From the NCBI GenBank assembly GCA_002269645.1, contig NIVC01000023.1, positions 1 through 64,000 of the forward strand: a stretch of DNA of 64,000 nucleotides, read 5' to 3'. Every line of letters begins with the position of its first letter. Positions within the stretch are counted from its first letter, which is position 1. Origin of the DNA: Macrostomum lignano. Taxonomy: Eukaryota. The position numbers and the translations under genes were made by a program. Positions 34,973-50,004 of this stretch are shown here, piece by piece. The notes beneath the pieces were generated by a model. The model was not told where the DNA came from, made no database searches, and saw only the letters and a list, made by a program, of their open reading frames with translations.

Positions 34973-37224
34973 TATTTTTCTAGATCAAAGAATGGCAGAC
35001 AAACTAGCAGTAGATAAATTGACTATCAACCAATATAAAAATATATGCCATTATAATTTACTTTGAATTGCAAATACTTTGTAATTATATACATAGTTTA
35101 TAACTTCATATAAACTATTCAATTTTCTAATAGACTTATCTATAGGCTTAGTGGTCATATGATCATGAAACAATAACTTATTATAATATACATAGTACAT
35201 ATAGGCCTAAATTCTATTATATTGTCTATAGTAAAGGTAAAGATTAGGCCTATCATTTTTTAGGCTTCATGGCAAAATTTAGCTAGAAAACTTTTCAGGT
35301 TTGGTTATGTAGATTCTATTTCAAAGTTTAAAAGTACAAATCAGTTCAAAATTTAGCCTAGCAATGTTTAGTTAGAATTTTGAATTCTATTACACGTTTA
35401 AGTCAACTACTTTGATTATTTGACTCAAAAGACTATTTTGAAATGAAAAAATCCTAGCTTTCTATTCTAATGATATAGTATAGAAAGCCTGTGAATTACT
35501 AACTATAAAAGCAACAATTTATCATTGCTTTGTTGCTTTAAAAACAAAGTTGCTCTATTCTTCTATTCTAGACCTAATGTTTTAATGTTTGTTTAGTAAG
35601 TTTTTTTGGACTCCTTAAATGCTAAGAATTATATAAAGTTATAAAAAATCAGAAAATAATTTAACAAATAATTCTGTAGGATAGCTAGCCTATGTCTATA
35701 ATCTATTTTCCCATATTGTAGATCATGTTAATATGCTCAAAATTTTTGATATACTTAATTTCTTTTTAAAAAAAACTTTGGCTTATAGTGAGACTACACA
35801 ATGATTACTTTAAAATTTGCTTATTAGGTCTATTGTCAATTATATATGCAGCATAGGACTAGTATAGAAATATGCTGCAAACTGCAAATATAACCATATT
35901 ATATATGGTTATATATATTGTAGCATATGACTTGGGTGCACTGGGTGACATCCACCCTAATTGCACTGCTATAGCATGCGCTGCTATAGCATGATAATCA
36001 ATGGATAGTTTGAGGGGGGGAGCACTTTGCCTTTTTTAGCCTCCCATTACCTCCCACTGTTTTGTCATGGTGCATTGTACCTCCCAATATTTCATTATGC
36101 CACATTGCCCCATGCTACAAAGTGCTGCATTATGCCAGGCTGATTTGTGCTAGATGCTATCTACCAAAATGCTTATGTGCTGCAGTTGAATTATATGTTA
36201 TAGCATATATACTTTGTCACTAAATACTATTAGACAAAGTCCCTTTCTTTAGTCTACTCTGTTGTTGTATCTAATAGAAATGTCTAATAGTAACTAAAAA
36301 AGCAGTAAAACAATTTTTGATATGTCTAAACAGCAACATTTTTCTAATAATAGGTAACTATTTTTTATTCTTATTTGATTGATTATATTAAGCCTTTTTA
36401 TTTTATTACTATTTTTATAAATGTATTTTTTATAATTAGGATATATATGGATAGTCAGTAAGGGATACAAGTTGTTTTGGTGATAGTCATTTAGTGATAT
36501 TTGTTCACAAGTTATTTCTGTAATAAACACACTTTATTTGTGCTTTAATGAAAAATGAAAGATTCATAGATTGATCTATGACTATATATTATTTAAGAAA
36601 AAATCAAACTGATATACATATTATTTTTATGCAGATTGTTTTTTGAATTCATTGCAAAATATTTAGACACTTGAATATTGAGGATGCTTATCATGAAATC
36701 AAAAGTGCATATCAGTTCAAGTCTATAGTATTATGACTATAGACAAGAAAACTAGTCTCTAAAAGTGTATTTAACCACAGATATTCATACTTCAAAAAAA
36801 AGAAGTAAGCTCAACTTATTATAAGCTATTTATAATTTGCCATTTAGGTGCAATAATAATAAGTAGATTTTCTATTTTAAATGGGTTTTTAATGAGTGGA
36901 TAAGATCAATAGTTGGACAAAATATAAGATTTTCTAGCAAATTTCAGTTTGCCAGATTCAATGACTATTAAAGCAACTTAGAGCATAGAAATACGAAAAC
37001 ACTTCTTATATACTGGTAACATAATAATAACTTTATTATATATTGAAATTAAATAAATGATAGAAAACTTTTTAAACTTATTTAATTGCTCCTAATAATT
37101 ATTTTCTGCAGCTCAACTAGTCACTAAGCTGTCAAAGTGTGTAGTTAGCAACAATCATAAAAATTATATAAAGGAAGGTGACTACTGACTCTGCTGTTGC
37201 CATTGCAAGCTCAAAGCTAGAGAA

Positions 37225-40200
37225 ATGTCAATGAGTAAGTGTATTTAATTTTAATATTTATCAAATACTTCATCTACTGATAATAGTATTGCTATAAAAT
37301 TAAATTTAGGAAACGGCGAAAATTCATCTTCGCCGTCCTCTTCGTCGCCAACATCGTCAATGGCTACTTCGATAGCTGCGGCGACAGGCAATAGCAGCGG
37401 ATTGCCAATGCCTTCAACAGCTGGGCCAGCGGTATCTGCGGCTGAGTTATGGAATTCGCCAGGTAATAATAATGCTACTAATAGTAGCGCTACCAACAAT
37501 AATAAAGGAAATGGCGCCTCAGCTTGGAGCAGCGCGCATTCAGCTGATCCCGCTAGCGCGATGAATCATCACCATGGCAACAGCGGCGGTGACAATCATC
37601 ATCATCATAACAAAGTAGCCGGGCCCGAATCCGCTAGCGACGCTGCCGCGACAGCTTCGGCGGCGGCTACGGCGGCCGCCGCTGCCGCCTGGAGTCTCGG
37701 CGGATTCAACGAAGCTTCTCCAGCCGGGGTGTGGGGTGCCGCCGGCGGTAGCGGCGCATCGGCGACACCCGGTTCGATCGCTGCCGCCTCATCGTCCAGC
37801 GTTCCAGCATCCGCAATTTGGGCGGCATCGGCGGCGCCACTGTCGTCAGCATCCTGGTCGTCAAAGCCGCCACCGTCGGTTGCTTCAACAGCATCAGTCG
37901 ATGGCGCCTGGGGCGGTGGCGGCGGCGGTGGACCTGGGAGCATCGCCGAGTCCGTTGCTCATTCTCAATCTGCTGCAGGCCATCAGCAGCAGCAGCAGCT
38001 TGGCCAGGCCCCGCAGCCGACCCCGGCACCGCTAACTAAAGAACAAGAGCTCATCGAGAGCATCGTCAATAGCAACGACGGCTGGGGCTGTAAGCCTATA
38101 AATCAAACTACACCCTGGGACGTTGGCGAGAGTCCTCGTAAGCCGACGCAGGAAAGTCTAGTATGGAATCACGAGCCGAACAATGGCACAAGTATTTGGG
38201 AATCGTTCTACGAGAATCGAGGCGAACGACCTGGCAAATGGGATCGAGGCCAGATTGATCCTAATCATTGGGCTGGCGCCGGAACTGGATGGGGAGCCGG
38301 CAGCAGCGCCGGCGGATTCGACATGGGCATGCCGCCACCGTCGCAGCCTCCGCCAATGGGCGGCGGTGGCAACCCAGAGCCTTGGCGACGTCCAAGCAGC
38401 AGCAGCGGCGGACCAGGCAGCATCTCCGACTGGAGCGCCCCTGTCACACCTGGAACACCTGGCGTCGGCGGCGCCGGTCCAGTCGAAGAATCCTGGAAGT
38501 GGGACTGGCGCGGCCCGCCCCCGACTTCTTCAATTGCAGGCGGCGGCGGCGGCGGTCGTGGGCCTGGAGGCGGCGGCTCAATGGGAAGTCACAAGCCGGA
38601 GATGCGAGCTAATTTGATTAGACACCTGGTGAGCTGGTTATGTTATACCTTATTTCTGTGATTTTGTTTATCTTCAAATATTATAAGCACCTTAGGTCCA
38701 TTATTTAAATTTGACAATTGATTTGAAGTCTTGCAATTGTAAATGCTTCAATTAAATGGTCTATGAATTACAGAAAAAATGAAACTTCGGAATCGGAAAT
38801 TAAATTGCGTTCAGACATACTAAGCAGATGCTAAGATAAAAAAGACACTAAAACACATTTAAGACGTACTAAAGACACATTAAGATTTACTAATAGACAC
38901 ATTAAGACGTAAGACACATAAAGACATACTAGAAGACACATTGAGACATACTAAAGGACACATTGACATGTGGTAAAGTACACATTCAGACATGCTAAAA
39001 GACACATTAAGATATACTATAAAATATACATTAAGACACTAAAATGCACATTGAGACATACTAAAGGACACATTAATAAAACGTCCTAAAAGACACATTG
39101 AGACATACTGAAAGACACATTAAGATATACTGAAAGACACTAAAAGACACATTGAGACATACTAAAGGACACATTAAGATGTAGTAAAGTACACATTCAG
39201 ACATGCTAAAAGACAGTGAGACATACTAAAGGACACATTAAGATGTAGTAAAGTACACATTCAGACATGCTAAAAGACAGTGAGACATACTAAAGGACAC
39301 ATTAAGATGTAATAAAGTACACATTCAGACATGCTAAAAGACACATTCAGACATACTAAAAGACACATTCAGACATACTAAAAGACACATTAAGATGTAG
39401 TAAAGTACACATTCAGACATACTAAAAGACACATTAAGATGTAATAAAGTACACATTCAGACATGCTAAAAGACACATTCAGACATGCTAAAAGACACAT
39501 TCAGACATACTAAAAGACACATTAAGATGTAGTAAAGTACACATTCAGACATGCTAAAAGACACATTGAGACATACTAAAAGACACATTAAGATGTAGTA
39601 AAGTACACATTCAGACATGCTAAAAGACACATTCAGACATGCTAAAAGACACATTCAGACATGCTAAAAGACACATTAAGATATACTATAAAATATACAT
39701 TAAGACACTAAAATGCACATTGAGACATACTAAAGGACACATTAATAAAACGTCCTAAAAGACACATTGAGACATACTTAAAAGACACATTAAGATATAC
39801 TATAAAATATACATTAAGACACTAAAATACACATTGAGACATACTAAAGGACACATTAATAAAACGTCCTAAAAGACACATTGAGACATACTGAAAGACA
39901 CATTAAGATATACTGAAAGACACTAAAAGACACATTGAGACATACTAAAGGACACATTAAGATGTAGTAAAGTACACATTCAGACATGCTAAAAGACAGT
40001 GAGACATACTAAAGGACACATTAAGATGTAATAAAGTACACATTCAGACATGCTAAAAGACACATTCAGACATACTAAAAGACACATTAAGATGTAGTAA
40101 AGTACACATTCAGACATGCTAAAAGACACATTCAGACATGCTAAAAGACACATTCAGACATGCTAAAAGACACATTAAGATATACTATAAAATATACATT

Positions 40201-42462
40201 AAGACACTAAAATGCACATTGAGACATACTAAAGGACACATTAATAAAACGTCCTAAAAGACACATTGAGACATACTTAAAAGACACATTAAGATATACT
40301 ATAAAATATACATTAAGACACTAAAATACACATTGAGACATACTAAAGGACACATTAATAAAACGTCCTAAAAGACACATTGAGACATACTGAAAGACAC
40401 ATTAAGATATACTGAAAGACACTAAAAGACACATTGAGACATACTAAAGGACACATTAAGATGTAGTAAAGTACACATTCAGACATGCTAAAAGACAGTG
40501 AGACATACTAAAGGACACATTAAGATGTAGTAAAGTACACATTCAGACATGCTAAAAGACACATTGAGACATACTAAAGGACACATTAAGATGTAGTAAA
40601 GTACACATTCAGACATGCTAAAAGACAGTGAGACATACTAAAGGACACATTAAGATGTAGTAAAGTACACATTCAGACATGCTAAAAGACACATTGAGAC
40701 ATACTAAAGGACACATTAAGATGTAGTAAAGTACACATTCAGACATGCTAAAAGACACATTGAGACATACTAAAGGACACATTAAGATGTAGTAAAGTAC
40801 ACATTCAGACATGCTAAAAGACAGTGAGACATACTAAAGGACACATTAAGATGTAGTAAAGTACACATTCAGACATGCTAAAAGACACATTAAGATGTAG
40901 TAAAGTACACATTCAGACATGCTAAAAGACACAGTGAGACATACTAAAGGACACATTAATCAAACGTACTAAAAGACACATTGAGAGATGCTGAGACAGG
41001 CACAAAGACCAGTTAAACAAAGACTATCCCTTATCACAAACCCGCCAGGTTGAAATGGGCTTCACCAAAGAGGACGCCACAGCGGCCCTGATTAGCTGCA
41101 ACATGAATGTGGATCTAGCTCTGAACGAATTGCGAGCCAGAGTTGGTGGCGTCAGCGCTAATATGGCGCACCAGATGGGCCAGCCGCCGCCACAGCTGCA
41201 GCCGCCACCTCTCGGACACCCGATGCAGCACCCGCCACCGCTTGGTGGACCGCCTCCGTCGATGTCTTCGCATCAGCAGCAGCAGCAGCAGCAGAGGCCG
41301 ATATTTCCTGGAGGCGGCGGTCAAGCAGTGCGCTCTGGAGTGCCGCAGCAGCAGCAGCAGCCAGGACAGGCCAATCCCGCTAGGGATCTCATGCGGGATC
41401 AGATCATCCAGCAGCTTAGACTGGCCGTACAGAATCGCATAATCTCGCCTAACACGCTGATGCCAAACCAAAATATGAGTCAGGCAGATCTGAAATTGGT
41501 TCACCAATTGATTTTCCATCAGAATCAATTGCACGCGTTGACTGCTCAACAGCAGAAGATTGCTAATAGTATGCGCTCTATGCCGCCAGCTGGTCCGTTC
41601 AGCGGCGGCAGCGGCCCGCAGCAGCAGGCCAGCGTACAACTGCAGGAAGTCAATCAAAAGATTCTGCAGTTGAAGACTACTATTCAACAGTTGAGTCAGC
41701 AGCTGCAGGCCCGATCTGGTCCGAATCAGCCAGCCGGTCTGCCGCCTACGCATCAGCCGCCGCCGATGCAGCAGCAACAGCATCAGCTAGTCGATCAATT
41801 GAAAAGTCTGGACGTTGGCGAGTCTGCAAGTGTTGGAGTTAGAAGCCGCTATGATGCTTGGAATAGGTTTGTTAACTTCTTGCGCTAAATAGGGAATTAA
41901 GGCTTGGGCTGGGACCTGGATTGGGACTTTTACTGTGGGACCTGGAGTGGGACTTTTAATGTGGGACCTGGATTGGGACTTTTACTGTGGGACCTGGATT
42001 GGGACTTTTACTGTGGGACCTAGATCCCGTCAATTTATGAATAACATTATTGAATTGTTATTAATTCCGTCCAGGTCGCCAGATGTACCCGAAGCGGCTT
42101 CCATGTTTGGCAAGCCGCCTCTGCATTCCAGCGTGTCCAATCCTAGCCTTCAGCAGCAGCAGCAGCTCCAGTCGTTCCAACGTTCCTTTTCGGAAATGCC
42201 TCCAGGAAGCGGCGGCGGAGGCGGCGGCCTAATCTCTGGCGAAGTGATGGATAAAATCCCAGAATTTGTGCCTGGCCAACCCTGGGCTGGCGGCTACAAA
42301 GACGGTTTATTCTCTGTCACCCACGAGACTCTCGAGCAGCATTTGAATTCTGGCTTGTCAACAGCTGGCGAAGCTGTTTCTTCTAGTAGCGGCAGCAGCA
42401 ACAGGGCTGTGAACCGGCCTCCGCCGCAGCAGCAGCCAGTCGGCGCCGGGACTCGCTGGCAG

Positions 42463-42514
<52 letters not shown>

Positions 42515-42882
42515 GTTGCCTACTAATTCGTCAGTTAAATCCGCAGATTAACCGTGAAGTATTAAGCATGATTTGCAATCAGCAGGGCCGGGTGCTGGCC
42601 CTACAAGTTGGCCCAGTTAACCAGTGGGCCATGGTGAAATTCGCCACTAAAGAAGAGGCCGACAAAGCGCATAAGAATATTAGCAGCCTGGCTCAGCATA
42701 TTGTGCTGATTGGCGATGCTGAGGCCGAGGCCAGCGTTGCCGCTCTGCTAGCTGGCGCCGCTCCGCCGCCGATGCCGCCGCCGCCGTCTCTTCCACCGAC
42801 TGTGCCGCCGTCAGCTTCGGCTTTGACAGCCGGTTGGCCAACAGGCGGCTGGGGTGACCAGGGTGGCATTGAGCCGATGTGA
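37225..42882 (+). CDS. TNRC6: GW182/TNRC6 (gawky) miRNA-silencing scaffold; exons 37225-37234, 37310-38628, 41049-41866, 42075-42882 (984 aa)
   Basis: GW/WG-rich N-terminus, LIESIVNSNDGWGCKPINQTTPWDV, UBA (NLIRHL|VEMGFTKEDATAALISCNMNVDLALNEL), Q-rich region, PAM2-like IPEFVPGQPWAG, C-terminal RRM. Exon phases are consistent; the first micro-exon is less certain. Confidence 0.92.
38815..41000. repeat. Complex intronic satellite
   Basis: aaagacacatt(c/g)agacatactaa-type subunits with higher-order repeats filling the TNRC6 intron. Confidence 0.92.
41905..42021. repeat. 26-bp minisatellite, ~4 copies
   Basis: Unit gggacctggattgggacttttactgt in the last TNRC6 intron. Confidence 0.88.
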
Positions 42883-43164
42883 GGTGGATTCGAATTTTGG
42901 AACAAAGATTGATCGACTAAATTAACTATCGCTTAGTCTTTTAGTTGGTGTGTTAAAAATTAATATTAATAATCGAACAATAATTCCCCTAGCAGCTAGA
43001 ACGTGCATTCTTGTTAATTTTATATAGTAGTTTGTATTGTTTTTGTGTAGTAACTAGTCTTATGCCTTATCCGGATTAGTGGGAATACTATAGATTAATA
43101 AATTATCTACGGATTATTAATAAACTGTCAGTGGTGGATTTTTAGTTATATTATCGATACGTCG

Positions 43165-43730
43165 ATTGACGGATTATCGTTAACATTATCGAGAGATTAT
43201 CGATAGATTATTTATGGTTTATCGATAGATTATCCAGGGATTATCGATAGATTATCTGAGGATTATCGATAAATTATCTAAGGATTATCGATAGATTATC
43301 TGAGGATTATCGATAAATTATCTAAGGATTATCGATAGATTATCTAAGGATTATCGATAAATTATCTAAGGATTATCGATAGATTGTCTAAGGATTATCG
43401 ATAAATTATCGAGGGATAATCGATAGATTATCTAAGGATTATCGACAGATTATCTAAGGATTATCGATAGATTATCTGAGGATTATGGATAGATTATCTG
43501 AGGATTATCGATAGATTATCTGAGGATTATCAATAGATTGTCTAAGGATTATCGATAGATTATCTAAGGATTATCGATAAATTATGTAAGGATTATCGAT
43601 AGATTATCTAAGGATTATCGATAAATTATCGAGGGATAATCGATAGATTATCTAGAGATTTTCGGCAGATTATCGAGAGATAATCGATAGATCATCTAGG
43701 GATTATAGTAGTTTATCGGTGGTTTATCGA
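43165..43730. repeat. 22-bp minisatellite
   Basis: Unit gattatcgatagattatctaag. Confidence 0.9.
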
Positions 43731-44994
43731 AAAGTTAATGATCGAAAGACTAATCGAAAGACTATCGATCTGAATTGTAGACAAGTTAATTTCTCTTGCT
43801 GATAAGCCACTCAATCGATGCGTAAGCCTGTCTAGAAAATCTACTTTCAACATTCATATTTAGGGTTTTTAAGCTTGTTCGGCATTTTCATGCTGCTTAT
43901 AAATGATAAGAGAATTAGTATTTCATACAGCAAAACTCGTTTGCCAACTTCCAAAGCTTCAATTCTCATACTGTCCTATCCTTGTATTAATGTGCTTTTT
44001 TAAATTATAATTTAATTTCTTTTCTCCGTTCAAATCGCACAACACGTGTTGTCTTTCACCAAACCAAGCTGCTCTCGAAATTTAATTATTATTATTAATC
44101 TACTAATTACTTGCAGGATTTTGGCTCTATAATTTAATAGCTCTGTAAAGTTTCAGCCATCGAAATTGCCACAGTCAAGCGCTGCTCAGGGCTCTCAAAA
44201 TTTGCAGTGCTCTCCTTTCTCTATCCGTTTGTTGCATTCGTTTTTTAATGAAAAAAGAGATTAAACTCTTACTTTTCTACTCGGCTAAGTAGTGCAGTGA
44301 AGATTCTTTATGAAGTTTTTTCCTGCTCCTCTCTGGCTAAGCCAATGCTGTTAGTTTATACACTGCACTGCAATATCTGTTATCTTCATTTCTATTAAAG
44401 ATTTGGGATCAAATCTGTTGTGGTTAATCCGTGCTAATAGGATTATACTTTTTGTATATGAATTAATTAATTAATTATTCTCCTGTGTATCTCCAGTCTT
44501 ATTAATTATTTGATATTTCCATTGATTTGTTGTGTGCTTTTTGTTTCTCTAATAAACTTTTAAAATGTGCTCAACAGGTCCTGTGCGTTTTGGTTTGGTG
44601 AAAATTTGAACAGATGAGCATGTCCTCAACCTTATAATATAATGCTGTACTTATTCATACATAAATTCCTCACGAAACTGTTTCCTTAACTGCTACTATA
44701 AGTAGTAGTATTGTAAGATATATGTGCGCGTTGTTTATCTGCCTTCTCTATTGTGTTATACTATTATTATTTGTTATTATTATCAATCAAATTCCAGTGT
44801 GCTGTCTGTCTGTGCATTAATTACGGAATTAATTTAATCTGTTTTAATTTGCTTTTCCAATTTCAGTCTTATTATCAGAGAGTTTAGCTGGTTGACTAGT
44901 AGCATATTATATATGCTAGTATAAAGATAACCTAGGCGTCTTTATATAGTAGTCCTCTGGTGTGCTTTGATATCTAATAAGTTGTCTACATTCT

Positions 44995-45548
44995 CAGATG
45001 TCTAAATATCCAGTTGTATAGCTACCCAGTTGTCTAGATACCCAGTTGTCTAGATACCCAGTTGACTAGATACCCAGTTGTCTAGATACCCAGTTGACTA
45101 GATACCCAGTTGACTAGATACCCAGTTGCTTGGATACCTAATTGCCTAGATACCCATCTGCCTAAATACCCATCTGCCTAGATACCCATCTGTCTAAATA
45201 CTCATCTGCCTAGATACCCAGCTATCTAGATACCTATCTGCCTAGATACCCAGCTATCTAGATACCTATCTGCCTAGGTACCCAGCTATCTAGATACCTA
45301 TCTGCCTAGATACCCAGCTATCTAGATACCTATCTGCCTAGATACCCAGCTATCTAGATACCTATCTGCCTAGATACCCAGCTATCTAGATACCTATCTG
45401 CCTAGATACCCAGTAATCTAGATACCTATCTGCCTAGATACCCAGCTATCTAGATACCTATCTGCCTAGATACCCAGTAATCTAGATACCCATCTGCCTA
45501 GATACCCAGCTATCTAGATACCCATCTACTTAGATACCCAGCTATCTA
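44995..45548. repeat. 16-bp / 32-bp dimer minisatellite
   Basis: ctagatacccagttgt grading into ctagatacccagctatctagatacctatctgc. Confidence 0.9.
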
Positions 45549-46636
45549 CCCAAGTCTGAACTGTGTCAATGCTAAAGCAAAGTGTCTGGACACTATAGAA
45601 CAAATTTAAAGTGAAGGTGCAGTGTAGATCAGTTTACACAAAATAATTTGTTAGAAAGCGAACCAGTTTTAGTCATAGTCAAAGTCTCTGCCTTGCTATT
45701 TAATTTTTTATCTAATCTTTGTTTGAATTTTTTTTATTTTGGAGTGTAGAATTAATTAATAATTACTGACAATTTTAATTGATCTTTATTAGTTGTTAGC
45801 AGCTGCTTATAAAGTGCGATTTGCTTTCAATAATTATGAGATACTCTTGTACCACCATCGCCTCTGGGGTGTCTGCATGCATTAATAATTATGTAATAAT
45901 GTGCTTTTCACATCTTTTTTTAGTTGTCTTTTACTCAAATGCTTTGCTCTGAGGTTTTATTTATTCTCTTTGAACCTGTCCTTTGATCTGCTTTATTTAA
46001 GTTTTTTGTTTTTATTAAATTTGTTGCTATATAAGGTATTTATTTTGGTTAATTTTAAATTGCTGCAATTTGTTTGTTTACCAGCATTATGCACCAACAA
46101 GCCACCAGAAATATGTCTCTTAATTAGCTTATAATTCCTTTTTCACTGATAACCACTGTGTTGCTCCAGATGTTTTTGTTAATAATAATGATATACGGCT
46201 ACTTGTAGTAGTATTTAGTAGCTGAAATCATATTTGCCGCAGTTTTCTTTGTTGTTGTTGTTGTTGTTGAAAAACTATTTTATATTGTTCACAATCGCGC
46301 TCTCCTTTTGCATATATATTTCCGTAATATATCAGTCAGTTTATTATTTACTAATATTAGTAGTAGTATTTGTATAGAGGTTGAAAACAAGCCATTTAAA
46401 ATGCACAATAACAAGAGCTGCTATCAATTTCTATAAATAATTGTGATATCTAGCCAACAATGTAAATCTGTGTCCCGGTTTTCACTGCATATTGTTTGCT
46501 TGCTTTTATATGCATTAGAAATTGTGCGCTGAATATTACATTTTTCTGCTTTTTTGTACTATTTCCAACAAACTAATTAGAAAAATATATAAAATTCTTT
46601 GTAAAGCGCATTGGCGATTTCTGGAGTGAGGCGTGG

Positions 46637-47447
46637 TTAGCGATTGTCCACTAGAGGGGATTAGCGATTGTCCACCTGAGGTGATTAGCGACTGTCCACT
46701 AGAGGGGATTAGCGATTGCCCACTAGAGGGGATTAGCGATTGTCCACTAGAGGGGATTAGCGATTGTCCACCTGAGGTGATTAGCGACTGCCCACTAGAG
46801 GGGATTAGCGACTGCCCACTAGAGGGGGTTAGCGATTGTCCACCTGAGGTGATTAGCGACTGCCCACTAGAGGGGATTAGCCATTGTCCACCTGAGGGGA
46901 TTAGCAACTGCCCACTAGAGGGGATTAGCGATTGTCCACCTGAGGTGATTAGCGACTGCCCACTAGAGGGGATTAGCGACTGCCCACTAGAGGGGATTAG
47001 CGATTGTCCACCTGAGGTGATTAGCGACTGCCCACTAGAGGGGATTAGCGATTGTCCACCTGAGGTGATTAGCGACTGCCCACTAGAGGGGATTAGCGAT
47101 TGTCCACCTGAGGTGATTAGCGACTGTCCACTAGAGGGGATTAGCGACTGCCCACTAGAGGGGATTAGCGATTGTCCACCTGAGGTGATTAGCGACTGCC
47201 CACTAGAGGGGATTAGCGATTGTCCACCTGAGGTGATTAGCGACTGTCCACTAGAGGGGATTAGCGACTGCCCACTAGAGGGGATTAGCGATTGTCCACC
47301 TGAGGTGATTAGCGACTGTCCACTAGAGGGGATTAGCGACTGCCCACTAGAGGGGATTAGCGATTGTCCACCTGAGGTGATTAGCGACTGCCCACTAGAG
47401 GGGAATAGCGATTTTCAACCTGAGGGGATTAGCGACTGTCCACCTGA
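46637..47447. repeat. 24-bp minisatellite
   Basis: Unit gattagcgactgcccactagaggg / gattagcgattgtccacctgaggt. Confidence 0.95.
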
Positions 47448-49794
47448 CAGGCTGAGAATTTGATCTTGCACAAAAGGCAAAAGCATCCCTCATCTCCAGA
47501 ATCCAGCTTAAATATCCAGCTCTGACAGTGCTTCATCACTTGTTTTTGTATTTTGAATTTGTACTCTTCAGCACTACGATCTGTGATAAATCGATAATCC
47601 TAATAATTTCACATTTTTCTTATGTAATTATTATGTAATAACCGACACCAGGCACAGTGTGCTACTGTAATTAGTGTGCTTGATCTGATGGCTGTCAATT
47701 GTTTCTTGTCAGAGAAATAGCATCGCTACTTATTTTAATAAGCTTACTGAGTTTTTCTACTATTTAGTAGTATCGCATGGTTTCCAAGGCAATTTAAAAT
47801 TGGCTTAATTTGTTTGTTTTGTTTAAATCCATTGAATTGCAATTTGTGTAGTGTTTACGTAGTGTAAATGATTAAAACAAATCTTACTGACCGTAATTAT
47901 CAATACGTATGTATGTACCGGTATTACTATAATAACAAATTGGTTGCGCAAGTAGACTCATATCTTAGTACTAGCAGTAGTGTGTACCGCAATCATCTGC
48001 CGCCAGTTTCTACTTACAAATCCTTTGCTTATTTTAACAGACAGGCAGTTCGTCTGTCTGCCCTCTGTTTGTTTTTTGAAAAAATGTGTTTTTTTGATTT
48101 CGCAAGAACTTATTTTGTCCATTTAATTATTTGTTTAGCTGCTAGACAGAGCCAATCGATGCCTCCCTAAAAGTTGTCTTCTGCTATTTTGTGTTTCTTT
48201 AATATTTGCTTTTTTCTTTCTTTTCGAAGTTTAATTTATTGTAATCCGCTTTTTCAAGTCCGCCGCCTCCGCAGAAGTTGATTTCCTATAATTTTGTTTC
48301 TACTATTAGTAGTGTAAAATGATGCTATTATAAAATGCTGCACGAAAAGTATTTCAAACTTATCAAACAGACGCTGACAGCTGGTTAGTGAACAATCTGC
48401 TTAATTGATTAATTAGTTTCAGCATTAATTATAGCGGCTGTTAAAATAAGTTACTCACACTTGCACCAATGCGAAAAAATGCCCCTCTTGTTTTTTTGGT
48501 CATTTCTGCTTTTTCATTTTCCTGTCCCTCTGTCTGATTGATTAGTGAATATGCATAAATATATTAATTGTGTTTCAAGCTGCTACTTATGCATATTATA
48601 CAAAATATGAAAACAGATCTGACAGCAAACATCCGTGCAAAAAACTTCAAAAAATTAAATTTTTATTGAACATTTTGACTCAATGTATTTATTTATTTTT
48701 ACCTGCGTTTATTCAAATAACAAGAAATAGGTTTTTAAAAAGGCAAATCTCAATAATAATGAGTTGAATAAATAAGCTCGATATTGCATAAGTTACTTAA
48801 AAATAGTAATTTTTATATAAAGAGAATTCGATCAAAGAGATAATCGTATTTTACGTACGAAGTTGAAACAATTTAATACATGTAAGTCATAAGTCTGATA
48901 ATCTTAAATAGATAAATGGTTATCGTAATATAACAGTGTAATAACCAGTGTATACCTGTAACAGTATACAGTACAACAGTATACAGTAACAGTATAACAG
49001 TGTATACGTGTATTTATATCAGAAAATCTTTTCAAAATGCTTTTAAAATTTTTACTTCAAATAAGCATGTTCGTTCGTAGAAGTAAAAACATCGCGTATT
49101 ATCCTACTGATAATTCTAGTTAAGTAGTGTAGTACGTTTAGTTAGTTAGAAATAATTGATTTTTTATCAAACGCAAGAGAAAGTGCAACTGCTGCATGTA
49201 CGCCTCGGCACAGCTGAGTACGTGTGAGTGCAGTGGTAGCCTGTGTAGATCAGGGCTAATTTCCGGTGATAATTAAGATAAATGACTTGAGGAAAATATA
49301 ACGCAAAAAAACAGCGATAAATTTAGGTTAGCCATGTGTTAATAATTCGATTTTTATAACCATAAATTTATCATTTATGGAATGAAGAAGAGCGGTTTGA
49401 AAATTCAGAGGTTGGGCGTCGCGGGTTTTCGTTTATCATGCACACGCCTTTTAATTTTACGTTAAACCCGGACACTCGCTTCCGTGGCCCTTGTGATACA
49501 CACCGATCATGACTCGATGATAGCCGTAGCAACCAAATTAGCGCGCCCTTAGAAACCAAGCAATAAGAATTTCAAACATTAAGCAGCAAAGCAAACAACC
49601 AAAGTTTTAGCAACCAAGCCATAAGTACATGTACAAGTATGAAATGCATAGATGTACATTTACATTTAGCAACCTATATAGCGTCCACAGCAACCAAATT
49701 TTCAGTCCATTAGCAAACACAGGGACGCCCATATTAAAAACTGCGCCCATAGCAACCAATTTGCGTTCCCAGCAACTTAGATAGCAGCAATAGC

Positions 49795-49950
49795 AACTAA
49801 ATTAGCGACCAAAGCAACCACATTAGCGGCTTAGCGCCCATAGCAACCAAATTATAGCGCCCATAGCAACCAAATTATAGCACCCATAGCAACCAAATTA
49901 TAGCGGCCATAGCAACCAAATTATAGCGCCCATAGCAACCAAATTATAGC
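49795..49950. repeat. 23-bp minisatellite with degenerate flank
   Basis: Unit atagcaaccaaattatagcgccc. Confidence 0.8.
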
Positions 49951-50004
49951 TTCCATTGCAGCCGATACATAAGCAAAGAGTGTTATCCCCAGTATTACTA
50001 TAAT

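Noticed and set aside
46536-47463. 276-aa ISDCPLEG Cys-periodic ORF
   Set aside because: A 24-bp unit open on both strands with no unique coding flank; treated as satellite, though expression was not tested.
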